47,905 bases of DNA from Anaerolineales bacterium (GCA_018263655.1 JAANWY010000149.1:1-47905), one strand, 5' to 3'; positions 1 to 12,280 are shown, counted from the first letter of the stretch. The notes: a model not told the origin generated them from the letters alone. Numbers and translations are program-made.

Positions 1-284
<284 letters not shown>

Positions 285-310
285 CCAGGTTGTCGTGATC
301 TGACCTGACC

Positions 311-346
311 GCTGGCGGCTCTGGCACTTAGCACAGAGCCGCCAGC
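311..346 (+). terminator. Perfect 13-bp hairpin after the binding-protein gene (weak T-tract)
   Basis: Arms gctggcggctctg / cagagccgccagc with a 10-nt loop, 27 nt after the stop codon. Confidence 0.4.
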
Positions 347-364
347 ACATTAGTTGATTTGGAG

Positions 365-497
365 GTAAGCGTTCAGCCACCCTTGCGAAGGTTGAGAGTA
401 GCCGTGGCAAGAGGCCGATTTTCGACTGGTGAGAGGTCTTTCAACCCGAATGCGATTGGCAAACCTTCGCAAGGGTTCTCCGCCCGAGTAGTTACGT
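365..497 (-). repeat. Family-A ~133-nt palindromic element, copy A1 (inverted relative to A2/A3)
   Basis: Starts GTAAGCGTTCAGCCACCCTTGCGAAGGTT and contains the inverse AACCTTCGCAAGGG. Roughly 85-90% identical by eye to 24463-24595 and 46205-46336. Confidence 0.85.
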
Positions 498-534
498 TTA
501 AGTCGCTATTCAGTTTCTTCGATAGATAAATCTC

Positions 535-674
535 GAGTAAGCGTTCACAGGGTGTCATTACGAGGAGCGGGTTTTGCGACGAAGCAATCCAAGAGATTGC
601 TTCGCAAAAATCGCTCGCAATGACAAATCCGGGAGGGGTTTAGGCCCATTCTGGCTACCCCCTGAACGGTTACA
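535..674. repeat. Element with the same terminal inverted repeats (GTAAGCGTTCAC ... CTGAACGGTTAC) but a different core
   Basis: Terminal motifs at 535-548 and 661-673. Nested inverted repeats gtcattacgagg..cgctcgcaatgac and gaagcaatc..gattgcttc. Confidence 0.7.
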
Positions 675-865
675 ATTGGAGATCAGGTGATGTGGGCCGT
701 TACTCACCATAAAGCATGAAAATGGCTCAGCGTAGGCTATCTGACGAGACGATACTTAGCTATGAGAGATCGGATATTAGAAATTGCTTCGATGAAACGA
801 TTGCTCATTCTGCCGTGTGCGGGTGACTGGCTACGTCGGCTATTTTCAGAAAAGAGGTTTCATTG

Positions 866-1642
866 ATGAGCGCTGTGATGAGCCCGGTCGTCAGTGAGGC
901 GACAAGTGTCGCCCAGGCTGACCCGTATCCTTACGGTTGGCGCTATGTAGAATATACCCTGCCTGATGGGAGACCGAAATGGAAGCGCGTGCCGCTCACT
1001 CTCGAAGACATTCTGCACCCGCAGGTCGAGGATTTCAGAATGCACAGCGATGAACATCAGCAAATCTGTATCTACCTCTATAATGTGCTGGTTGCAATCC
1101 TGGATCGCATCTCCCACTCTGTCGTCCTGCATGACGTGCGCGTGGCTTGGGACCACCCCACCATCAGGCCCCACGGGCCTGACATTGCCGTCATCTTCGA
1201 CGTCCGCGAACGGCGCAACTGGAGCACCTTTGACGAGGCAGAGGAGGGGACCAGGCCGAGCTTGATTATCGAAGTCACGTCGCCAGGCACTCGCCAGGTT
1301 GATTTGGAGGACAAAGTTGATCATTATGCGCGGGTAGGTGCGCCGTATTACGCGATTGTGGACATTTACCAGGAGGGTGGGGAGACGAAGCGGCGCTTGT
1401 TGGGCTACGAGCTAACGCCGGCCGGCTACGCAAACCTGCCCCTGAATGATCGCGGCTGGTTGTGGTTAGACCCCGTGCGCTTGTGGTTGGGCATACGCGG
1501 TGATCGAGTAGCATGCTATGACGAGAAGGGTGACCTGATCGAAGATTACACTCGCGTGACGGCTGCGCGCGCCGAGGCCGAGGCGCGCGCCCACCACCTT
1601 GAAGCCGAATTACGCCGCCTGCGAGGTGAAGAGGATAATTGA
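866..1642 (+). CDS. Uma2-family (DUF820) PD-(D/E)XK-like endonuclease
   Basis: ORF 863..1642. ATG at 866 follows aaagagg. Motifs PDIAVIF ... IIEVTSPGT ... DLEDKVDHYARVGAPYYAIVD are typical of Uma2 proteins. Confidence 0.8.
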   Translation: MSAVMSPVVSEATSVAQADPYPYGWRYVEYTLPDGRPKWKRVPLTLEDILHPQVEDFRMHSDEHQQICIYLYNVLVAILDRISHSVVLHDVRVAWDHPTIRPHGPDIAVIFDVRERRNWSTFDEAEEGTRPSLIIEVTSPGTRQVDLEDKVDHYARVGAPYYAIVDIYQEGGETKRRLLGYELTPAGYANLPLNDRGWLWLDPVRLWLGIRGDRVACYDEKGDLIEDYTRVTAARAEAEARAHHLEAELRRLRGEEDN

Positions 1643-1720
1643 GAACCGATGAAGCGGGGTCTACCGAGATTGGAGATCGGATGACCTGAGCTACTGCTCA
1701 CCGTACCAAGGGAGTTTGCT

Positions 1721-2731
1721 ATGCGTGGTCTAACACCTGGATACCTGATTCGACGCCTGGGCATGTTTGTGCTTACCGTCTGGCTGGGCGCTACCCTGAT
1801 CTTCATCATCCCCCGCCTGGCGCCGAGCGATCCAGTGGCAGCCATGGTCAGCCGCTTGCTGGCCCAATCCGGCTCTGTGGAAGGCAGTGCTGAGATGATC
1901 GAGGCGTGGCGAGCCCGCTTCGGCCTGGACGCGCCCCCCCTCATCCAGTACTTGCGTTACATGCGCAACATGCTAACCTTCAACCTGGGTTACTCGTTGA
2001 CTTCGTTTCCCAGCGAGGTAGAAGACATGGTGGTGCGGGCTCTACCCTGGACGCTGGGGGTGCTCAGCATCGCTACGGTCGTGTCTTTTGTCCTGGGCAA
2101 CACCGTTGGCGCCCTGCTGGCCTGGCGACGCACGCCGGGCCTCGTCAGAACCCTGCTGCCTTTGAGCTTCACGTTTACGGCCATCCCGTTCTTCATGTTG
2201 GGCATCTTGCTTATATACATCTTTGCCTTCGGCCTGGACTGGTTCCCCGTGTCGGGCGCCTACGGCCGGGCTTTGACCCATAACTGGAACTGGGAGTTTG
2301 TCAAGAGCGTGATCCATCACGGTACCTTACCCGCTTTGTCAATCGTTGTTACCTCCATGGGCTTCTGGGGCTTGGGCATGCGGGGCATGATGATCACCAC
2401 CGACGGCGAGGATTACATGATCCTGGCCCAGGCCAAGGGCCTGCACCCGCGCCGAATCTTCTGGCTGTACGGGGTGCGCAACGCCCTCCTGCCCCAGTTC
2501 ACGGCCCTGGCCCTGAATCTGGGTCTCATCGCGGGTGGCTCTGTCCTGGTCGAGTATATTTTCGCCTACCCGGGCATGGGCTACTTGCTCTACCAGGGTA
2601 TTGTCAATACCGATTACACGCTTATCCAGGGCATTGTGTTCATCATGATCATGGGAACAGCCCTAGGTGTGTTAATGATTGACCTGTTGTACCCCTTTAT
2701 CGATCCCCGGATTACGTACGAAACGAGGTAG
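1721..2731 (+). CDS. Peptide ABC transporter permease (DppB/OppB-like)
   Basis: 336 aa, multi-TM. N-terminus YLIRRLGMFVLTVW. ABC permease signature region around AKGLHPRRIFWLYGVRNALLP. Confidence 0.85.
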   Translation: MRGLTPGYLIRRLGMFVLTVWLGATLIFIIPRLAPSDPVAAMVSRLLAQSGSVEGSAEMIEAWRARFGLDAPPLIQYLRYMRNMLTFNLGYSLTSFPSEVEDMVVRALPWTLGVLSIATVVSFVLGNTVGALLAWRRTPGLVRTLLPLSFTFTAIPFFMLGILLIYIFAFGLDWFPVSGAYGRALTHNWNWEFVKSVIHHGTLPALSIVVTSMGFWGLGMRGMMITTDGEDYMILAQAKGLHPRRIFWLYGVRNALLPQFTALALNLGLIAGGSVLVEYIFAYPGMGYLLYQGIVNTDYTLIQGIVFIMIMGTALGVLMIDLLYPFIDPRITYETR

Positions 2732-2734
2732 TGT

Positions 2735-4829
<2,095 letters not shown>

Positions 4830-4833
<4 letters not shown>

Positions 4834-5882
4834 TGTCTGAGCCCCTTCTCGAAATCCGTAATACCACCAAGATTTTTGGTGGAGGTTTTCTTCAGTCCAG
4901 TCCGCAGACGATCGCTGTTCAGGATTTCGACCTGACGATAGCCAAAGAGCCGGCGACGATCACGACGATTGCCGGCGAGAGTGGCAGCGGCAAGACCACG
5001 CTCGCCAACCTGATTCTGGGCTTCATCAGCCTGACCTCCGGGCAAATCCTCTACAAGGGACACGACATCGCGACCATGGACGAGCGGCAGAAACACGAGT
5101 ACCGGCGCGAGGTGCAGGCTGTGTTTCAGGATCCCTATGCGGTCTACAACCCTTTCTACCGCGTGAAGCACATCTTCGATCTGGTCATCAAGCACTTCAA
5201 GCTTGCCGAAAACAAGCAGGAAGCCCGCGAGTTGATCGAACATGCCTTGAACGTGGTGGGCATGCGCGGTGAGGAGGTGCTGGAGAAATACCCGCACCAA
5301 CTCAGTGGCGGCCAGCGTCAGCGCATGATGGTGGCCCGCGCCTACATGCTGCGCCCCCGCCTCATCGTAGCCGATGAGCCCGTTTCGATGGTAGACGCTT
5401 CCTTGCGAGCCATGATTCTGGACATCATGCTGCGGCTGCGGGACGAGGAGAACATCTCCTTTCTTTACATCACCCACGACCTGAGTACGTCTTATCAAAT
5501 AGGAGATAAGATACACATCCTGTATCAGGGTTTGGTCACCGAAAAGGGTGACACATCCAAAGTGATCGAACACCCACACCACCCTTACGTTCAAGAACTT
5601 ATCGATTCTATTCCCGTTCCTGATCCCAACGAGAAGTGGGATACTACCATATCCCTGCCGTCGGAAGAAGAGTTGCGTGCTCATGTCGAGAGCGGGTGTC
5701 GTTTCTATCCCCGCTGCCCACACCGCATGGACCACTGTTTGACCAAGTACCCACCGCTTTACCGGATAGACGGTCTCGATCACCAGGCCGCCTGTTATCT
5801 CTATGATGAGGGTGTCGTGGGGACAGACCAAGAATTGGACGTCATCGAGAAAGAGAAAGTCACGAGTGAACTCGCGACCTGA
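4830..5882 (+). CDS. Peptide ABC transporter ATP-binding protein (DppF/OppF-like)
   Basis: Walker A GESGSGKT, LSGGQRQR, LIVADEP. 4-nt overlap with the previous gene. Confidence 0.9.
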
Positions 5883-5930
5883 TGGTGCGATAGCTAAGGG
5901 TAGCCGGCTTCAACATCCAACGACATCCGC

Positions 5931-6890
5931 ATGACTCAACGCGCTGACATCGGTAGCCGGCGCCTGATCAGCCTCGCGCCCACTGCGTGGGTGCGCTGGC
6001 TATTAGGCGATGACACACTCGACGCCATCGACCTCCTCTCGGCTGACTTTCAGTGGGTCAGTCGTGAGAGTGACACCTTAATTCGGGCACGCAGCCCGAC
6101 CCTCGGCGACTTCGTCGTGATCAACGAAATACAGCTCCGATATGACGCTGAAATGCCCATCCGCATGTGGGCTTACACTGCTCTGTCCCACGAGCGCTAC
6201 CGCCAGCCCGTGTATCCGGTGCTGGTCAACATCCTCCCGCCGCCAGCTGGGGTCGACATCCCGACTCGTTTCGAGTACGCGTTCCTGGGTCTGAAAGCGT
6301 TGTTGGATTATCGAGTGATCAATCTGTGGGAAGTAGAGGCCGAATGGGTCCTGGAGGCCGAGTTGCTGCCGTTGCTGCCGTTTGTGCCGGTGCTACACGG
6401 CGGACAAGAAACACCATTGATCCGGCGAGCGTTGACGCGGCTACGGGCAGAGCCTCAGTTGTCAGAGTTGGAGTCACTGCTGGCATTCTTTGCCAGCTTT
6501 GTGTTGGAGACCGAGTTAGTTAGAAAGATCATGAGGTGGGATATGACTGTGCTACGTGAGTCGCCGTGGTATCAGGAAATTCTAGAAGAAGGTCGCGAAC
6601 AAGGCCTAAAGGAAGGGCTAGAACAGAGTCGTGAGTCGCCGTGGTACGAGGAGATCCTTCAGGAGGGTCGCGAACAAGGCCTGGATCAAGGCCTGGAACA
6701 AGCCCGCAAGGCCCGGCGGGATGACCTGCAGCGCGTGCTAGTGTATCGCTTCAGCGAGCTGCCGGCGGAGATGGAAGAAACGCTGCAGCCGCTGAATCTG
6801 GAACAGCTCGACCGGCTGTTCGGAGTTGCTCTGGATGTTGCAACACTGGACGAGTTCCGCACTCATCTACCGCCGGCCGACGCCAAATAA
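5931..6890 (+). CDS. Rpn-family recombination-promoting nuclease / putative transposase-like protein with a DUF4351-like C-terminus
   Basis: 319 aa. N-terminal PD-(D/E)XK-like region (INEIQLRYD). ESPWYxEILxEGREQGL box present twice. C-terminal LxxRF..L..E....L..L..EQLDxL region. Confidence 0.6.
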   Translation: MTQRADIGSRRLISLAPTAWVRWLLGDDTLDAIDLLSADFQWVSRESDTLIRARSPTLGDFVVINEIQLRYDAEMPIRMWAYTALSHERYRQPVYPVLVNILPPPAGVDIPTRFEYAFLGLKALLDYRVINLWEVEAEWVLEAELLPLLPFVPVLHGGQETPLIRRALTRLRAEPQLSELESLLAFFASFVLETELVRKIMRWDMTVLRESPWYQEILEEGREQGLKEGLEQSRESPWYEEILQEGREQGLDQGLEQARKARRDDLQRVLVYRFSELPAEMEETLQPLNLEQLDRLFGVALDVATLDEFRTHLPPADAK

Positions 6891-6912
6891 TCTGACGGCG
6901 ACCTTGGCTCGT

Positions 6913-7076
6913 CCGAGTCTCCGTAAATCGCAAAGCCCGTTCGTAGTGAACGCGGATGCGCACATCCGTCCGGAACGCAGTGGAGTGCCGTCGTGGTACT
7001 GCAGGACGCCGGGACGCCACTCCGGCTTCGCCTCCGTGGCTGACTACGAACCTGGATTGCGGTTTACCGAGTCTGA
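6913..7076. repeat. Family-B long nested-hairpin element, copy B1
   Basis: CGTTCGTAGTGA...GCAGTGGAGTGCCGTCGTGG...CCACTCCGGCTTCGCCTCCGTGGCTGACTACGAAC. Near-identical copy at 20629-20790. Confidence 0.85.
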
Positions 7077-7410
7077 TTGAGACCATGAAACGATCCGTTG
7101 ACCCAGCAGTTTTTGAAGGGCCCCATGCCTGACAACCCCCGCATCGCTGCCATCCAGATGACGTGTCGCCTGGGCGACGAACTCTTCGACCTGGCGCTGA
7201 TCCGCGATCAACTCCTCCAAGAACCCATCCTGCGCGGCTTCCGACCTGAATTCTATCGCTTTCGAAACGACTAGCTCGACTCGATCTGGCCCGACACCGC
7301 GTGCTGACCTTACCCGTCCCTCCTAATCCCCCTGAATGCAGCAGCCACCGCGTTCGGGCATCTATTCCGCATCTCTTGGTAAATCAAGACCCATTGTACG
7401 GAAGGGCGCC

Positions 7411-8613
7411 ATGTCAAGCTCGACGGTAACGGCAGAACGCAAAGCCGGCGCACTCCTCATCGGCGTAGCCTACGTGAATTTCGTCGTGTTGGGGTTAGCG
7501 GGTGGGATGCTGGGCGTAGCGTGGCCGTCCATCCGCGAATCGTTCCACCTTTCGCTGGATGCGCTGGGCATCCTCTTGATATCTTCCACGCTTGGCTTTC
7601 TGCTGTCCAGCTTCAACAGCGGACACATCACGTCCCGTATTGGGATTGGCTCATTGCTGCTTATCGGCGGTCTCGTGAGAAGCATGGGGCTCCTGGGGTT
7701 TGCCGTGGCCCCGTCCTGGTGGACTATGGTGTTGCTCGGCTTGTTCTCAGGGCTGGGAGGCGGCTCAATAGACGCCGGCACGAATGCACATTTCGCCACC
7801 AACCACAGCGCACGCCTGATGAACTGGCTGCACGCTAGCTTCGGGCTGGGAGCCACCCTCGGGCCACTCCTGATGACGACCGTATTCAACCTGGGACAGT
7901 CTTGGCGCTGGGGGTACGCCATCGCCGGCGCTCTCCAGGGGCTGCTCGTGATCGTGTTTATCTTGACTCGAGGAGCGTGGCAAAGCGCCGGGACAGAAGC
8001 GGCGGGTGCCTCCCCCGATTCGCTGTCGGGGCCGGCAACGATTACAGCAACTCTAAAAGCACCGACAGTCCTGCTGGGGATTGTCTTGTTCTTCGTCTAC
8101 GCCGGCATTGAAGCCATCACCGGGCAATGGACCTTCACGCTTCTCACCGAAGCCCGCTCAGTAGCCGTGAGCACAGCCGGATTCTGGGTCAGCTTCTACT
8201 GGGGCAGCTTCACCGCAGGTCGCTTACTGTTTGGCGTCGTAGCCGACCGCCTGAAGCTGGTTCCGGCACTGCGCCTATGCATGCTCGGCGCCATCATTGC
8301 ATCTGTACTCATTTGGTTGAAGGCTCTCAATGCTCTCAGTTTGTTCGGTCTGGCTCTGATGGGCCTTGCACTGGCGCCCATCTTTCCGCTGCTGGTTTCG
8401 GCTACACCCAAGCGCGTCGGCGCTGAAAGCGCAGCCAACGCCGTTGGGTTTCAAGTGGGTGCAGCGGGCCTCGGGATTGGTGCGTTGCCGGCGTTCGCCG
8501 GCGTGCTGGCGGAACGCATCAGCCTGGAGATCATCGGGCCGTATTTACTGGCAGCCTCCATCACCATGTTCTTGTTGCACGAGAAGATCATCCCCCCATC
8601 GAATAGACGATAG
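7411..8613 (+). CDS. MFS transporter
   Basis: About 12 predicted TM segments. ATG at 7411 preceded by ggaaggg. The track ORF starts at 7336, but the first 25 codons look non-coding. Confidence 0.75.
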   Translation: MSSSTVTAERKAGALLIGVAYVNFVVLGLAGGMLGVAWPSIRESFHLSLDALGILLISSTLGFLLSSFNSGHITSRIGIGSLLLIGGLVRSMGLLGFAVAPSWWTMVLLGLFSGLGGGSIDAGTNAHFATNHSARLMNWLHASFGLGATLGPLLMTTVFNLGQSWRWGYAIAGALQGLLVIVFILTRGAWQSAGTEAAGASPDSLSGPATITATLKAPTVLLGIVLFFVYAGIEAITGQWTFTLLTEARSVAVSTAGFWVSFYWGSFTAGRLLFGVVADRLKLVPALRLCMLGAIIASVLIWLKALNALSLFGLALMGLALAPIFPLLVSATPKRVGAESAANAVGFQVGAAGLGIGALPAFAGVLAERISLEIIGPYLLAASITMFLLHEKIIPPSNRR

Positions 8614-8620
8614 GTGACTG

Positions 8621-10024
8621 ATGAACTTCAATCTCAAGCTAGAACCACCCGACCAGGCGGCAATCTGGGCCATCGGCGTGCTGGTGGTCCCGCTGCTGGC
8701 ACTTGTCGCATATTTCTCGTATGTGCTCTACTTCCGTGATGTCTGGGCATCCTGCCCCCCCGACTGCCATCAGGCAGATCTTACGACGGTCGACGTCCAC
8801 CAGATGGATTTCCGCCGGGCTGATCTCAGCGAGGCCAGCCTGACGAGCGCCAACCTGGAGGGGGTTGACCTGGAGGGGGCAAGGCTGTACTTTGCTAACC
8901 TCAAAGAGGCGAACCTGCGCGGAGCAAATTTACAGGCGGCCAGCCTGCGGGGGGCGCTGCTGTTCGGCGCAGATCTGAGCCAGGCGGACCTGAAACAGGC
9001 CGACTTGAGCGGCGCTCGTCTGGGTGAAGCCAACCTGTTCGAAGCCGACCTGCGGGGGGCGAGCCTCCGGGGCACTGATCTCAATAGGGCGCATCTGCGC
9101 GCCGCGCGAGTTGATGAAACGACGGTTCTGAGCCCGAAGTGGAAACTGGTGTGGGAGATTGTGAACGAAGACCAGGCCGGCCGGAGCCTGTCGGGCACGG
9201 ACTTGAGCCAGGCGGACCTCAGAGAGGCCGATCTCCAGGCGGCCGACCTGCGACAGGCGAATCTGAGATCGGCCAACCTTGCCGGTACTGACTTGACGAC
9301 AGCACGTCTGGCAGGCGCTCAGCTACACCAGGCGACCGTGGATGAGACGACGAAGATCGCTCCCAAATGGCGCCTCGTTTGGCACATCGTCAACCACACC
9401 GACCCGGATCGCGCTTTGGCCGGCGCTGACCTGAGTGGAGCCAATCTGAACAACGCCTACCTCCGCCGCGCCGATCTTACAAGGAGCAATCTGGATGACG
9501 CAACCTTGGTGGAAGTTGATCTGCGTCAGGCTAACCTGAGTAGTGCGAGCGTGCGCCAAACCGATTTGACTGAGGCCGCCTTGCACCAAGCGAACTTGCA
9601 GGGTGCTGACTTGACGGGAGCCAATCTGCGGGGCGTCGATCTGCGCGAATCAAATCTGCGCCAAGTTATCTTGAGCGAGACAACCGTCATCTCGGCCCAA
9701 TGGCGGCTGGTCTGGGAAATTGTCAACCATGGGGCAGCGCACCGCAATCTCGCTCAGGCACGCTTGAGTTGGGCTGACTTAGCCGGCGCCGAACTGGCAG
9801 GTGCGAATCTGGAAAACGTCATTTTCAACAACACCAACCTAAAATATGCAAACTTGGCCGGCGCCAATCTGACCGGCGCTGACTTGCGGAAAGCCAACTT
9901 GCGCGGGGCCGACCTGACCGGCGCCAATCTGACAAACGCTGATCTCACGGATGCCGATCTTAAAGGCGCCATCCTGACAGAGACTCAACGACAAGGCGCC
10001 ATCTTACCCGACGGCAACAATTGA
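8621..10024 (+). CDS. Membrane-anchored pentapeptide-repeat protein
   Basis: N-terminal TM helix, then four blocks of A(D/N)LxxA(N/D)L pentapeptides separated by three conserved linkers (DETT...W.LVW.IVN). Confidence 0.9.
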   Translation: MNFNLKLEPPDQAAIWAIGVLVVPLLALVAYFSYVLYFRDVWASCPPDCHQADLTTVDVHQMDFRRADLSEASLTSANLEGVDLEGARLYFANLKEANLRGANLQAASLRGALLFGADLSQADLKQADLSGARLGEANLFEADLRGASLRGTDLNRAHLRAARVDETTVLSPKWKLVWEIVNEDQAGRSLSGTDLSQADLREADLQAADLRQANLRSANLAGTDLTTARLAGAQLHQATVDETTKIAPKWRLVWHIVNHTDPDRALAGADLSGANLNNAYLRRADLTRSNLDDATLVEVDLRQANLSSASVRQTDLTEAALHQANLQGADLTGANLRGVDLRESNLRQVILSETTVISAQWRLVWEIVNHGAAHRNLAQARLSWADLAGAELAGANLENVIFNNTNLKYANLAGANLTGADLRKANLRGADLTGANLTNADLTDADLKGAILTETQRQGAILPDGNN

Positions 10025-10084
10025 CGAACCCGACTATCTTGACAATGTCAACTTCGACAATCTATCCCGATACCGAATGGGACC

Positions 10085-10363
10085 GTGTCGCTCCGGGCGA
10101 CGCAGACCGCACCCGACATTCGCGCAAACTGCCCCCGGGAGCAGTGGAAGTACGGCTACGGGTTCTGGACCAACGACCATGGACAGCTCTGGCCCAATCT
10201 GCCCCGCGATTCGTACGCTGCCTCGGGCGCCGGCAGCCAGCACATCTGGGTCTGCCCCAGCCTCGATCTGGTCGTGGTGCAGAGCCCGGGGCTGTGGGAG
10301 GAACAGGCAGAGAACGACGCCGGCTTGCTACGGTTGGTAGTCGATGCCTATGACGAGTTCTGA
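10085..10363 (+). pseudogene. C-terminal remnant of a beta-lactamase-related serine hydrolase
   Basis: YGYGFW...AASGAGSQHIWVCPSLDLVVVQSP resembles the C-terminal end of class-C-like serine hydrolases. Only about 90 codons remain. A possible N-terminal stub (DTEWDRVAPGD) sits in another frame at 10060-10100. Confidence 0.5.
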
Positions 10364-10590
10364 CCATCAAAATCGGTAACTGGATAACGCCATCTTGTTC
10401 GTAGTGACGGTGCGACTTTCGGGAAGTCGCCTTACACAAAGGTGGTGAAGAGCGATAAGCTATTCCTGCTGACTTTTCAATCGTCGCCCCCCCCGTTTCT
10501 GCTCTCTCCTGCATAACGCACGACGGCGTCCCACAGTTTTACATAGCGACGGACCACCCACTCGCCGGTTGTCGAAGATAGGAGGGACGC

Positions 10591-11805
10591 ATGCAAACCC
10601 GCACCGAACACCTGCCCATCGCCGTTAGGCCGCAGGTCGCGCACCTGGTCGTTGTAGTCATTCTCACGGTCCTGCTGGCTCTTGCCTTGCCTCGCTTCGG
10701 GCTGCCGTATGGACGCTGGGATTGGACGGTCCACTCTCAGCCCTATGCCACACCGACGCCCAGCGCGACGACGGTCACGACGACGGTCGCGACGACGGTC
10801 ACGATCGATGCCATCGCCGATGCCACACTGGACGAGGCAGTGCCGGCCGAGAACCAGGGCGACCTCGACGCCGTCTGGGTCGGCCAGGCCGAGAACCAGG
10901 AGCCGGCCGCACGCCGTGGTCTGCTCCGCTTCGACCTCAGCAGCGTACCAGCCGGCGCCACCATCGAGCATGCCACACTAGAACTCTACCTGGGCAGCGC
11001 CGCCAACCGAAAAGACACGAAAATTGCCGTCTTCGGTGTCCTCGACGCTTGGGCTGAAGGCGAGGTTAGTTGGAACTCTGCCCCTGCCCTGTCGGGGCAA
11101 CTGACCGCAGCGGAGGTGGGGTCGGAGAGCGGCTACTACGCCTGGGACGTGACCGCCCTCGCTCAGGGCTGGCGCGCCGGCACATTTGCCAACCACGGAC
11201 TCCTGCTGCGCGACACAGACGAGAGCACTGCTGTTCTGCGCGGATTCTTCAGCCGCGAAGCCGGCACCCATACACCTCGCCTGGTCGTGACCTACACCCA
11301 AGCTCCGCCGCGCCCACCAACCCCGACGCCGGCCGCCACCCAGCCGGCAACCTCGACGCCGACTGTGACGCTCACAGCTGCACTGACGCCCACGCCGACG
11401 TCCACCCCCGGGCTCGGCGTCTGCGATCCGGCGGACCCAGCAGCGGCGTGCTCAGCCACGCTCACCGCTCAGGCCTTCGTCGACCACCGCTGTGATCAGG
11501 CCTTCATCCTGGGCGTCGATCGTCCTATCAGCGGAGCAACGATCACCGTCAGCATGGCAGATGGCGGCCCGCGTACCGCCGTGACGAACGAAAATGGCTA
11601 TGCCACGTTCGTGCAGTTACGGGCGCCGGCCGGCACCACACTCACGGTGTCCATCGACTATCCGCCAACAGGACCGGATGGCACCGCCGTTGTCCCGTGC
11701 CAGGGCAGCCCGGAGACCGTCCCCCTGACCGCCGCCGATTTTGGCTTCGGTCAATTCAAATACGTGCTATTCCGCGCTCAGCCGGCGGCGTTTGGGGCGC
11801 CGTGA
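10591..11805 (+). CDS. Secreted/anchored DNRLRE-domain protein with a Pro/Thr-rich linker
   Basis: N-terminal TM. ADATLDEAVPAENQGD...RRGLLRFDLSSVPAGATIEHATLELYL...WAEGEVSWNSAP...YAWDVTAL...NHGLLLRD. PT-rich linker. GGAGGG 6 nt before the ATG. Confidence 0.75.
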   Translation: MQTRTEHLPIAVRPQVAHLVVVVILTVLLALALPRFGLPYGRWDWTVHSQPYATPTPSATTVTTTVATTVTIDAIADATLDEAVPAENQGDLDAVWVGQAENQEPAARRGLLRFDLSSVPAGATIEHATLELYLGSAANRKDTKIAVFGVLDAWAEGEVSWNSAPALSGQLTAAEVGSESGYYAWDVTALAQGWRAGTFANHGLLLRDTDESTAVLRGFFSREAGTHTPRLVVTYTQAPPRPPTPTPAATQPATSTPTVTLTAALTPTPTSTPGLGVCDPADPAAACSATLTAQAFVDHRCDQAFILGVDRPISGATITVSMADGGPRTAVTNENGYATFVQLRAPAGTTLTVSIDYPPTGPDGTAVVPCQGSPETVPLTAADFGFGQFKYVLFRAQPAAFGAP

Positions 11806-11948
11806 TACGACAGCTCTCCGTCGCATCCGTCCTCTCCAGTGAGAGCAGGTCCCGTGTTGCGTACCGGGTGTTCCGTTGGAGCCCCACCACGCAGTACGCA
11901 ACACGCCGCCGGCTGACGAGGGCAGCGCCAGACACTTTACAAGGTGCA

Positions 11949-12206
11949 TAGTAGTGCTCGGCAGAAATCCTTCACCAGTTAGATCAAGACAGCATCCCTT
12001 CGACAAGCTCAGGACGCCGCCTGAGTAGGCCGGAACGCAGTGGAGGCCGTATCGAAGGGTGCGGGTTCAGGATAGTACGGTGCTTAGGTTCGAGCCGCAC
12101 CCCCTTCGTCAAGCTCAGGACGTCGCTTCGATACGCTTCGCTACTCAGGATGCTAGCCGTGATTTCGACGGATAACTGGTGACTCATTTATGCCGAGTAC
12201 TAATAG
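11949..12206. repeat. Composite REP-rich element bounded by inverted repeats tagtagtgctcggca / tgccgagtactaata
   Basis: The core (about 12012-12160) is homologous to 13750-13890. Contains rc copies of the REP-C motif CGTCCTGAGCTTGTCGAAGGG. Confidence 0.7.
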
Positions 12207-12280
12207 GTGGACGTTCTGCTACATGATGGCCTATCGCCTGCATGGCCTGTTGCCTGCAACAAGTTGCAGCGTCCAGGCGA

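Noticed and set aside
358-681. TTGGAG as a target-site duplication flanking the composite 365-674 repeat block
   Set aside because: The right-hand TTGGAG is separated from the repeat terminus by 2 nt and the match is only 6 nt, which is not convincing.
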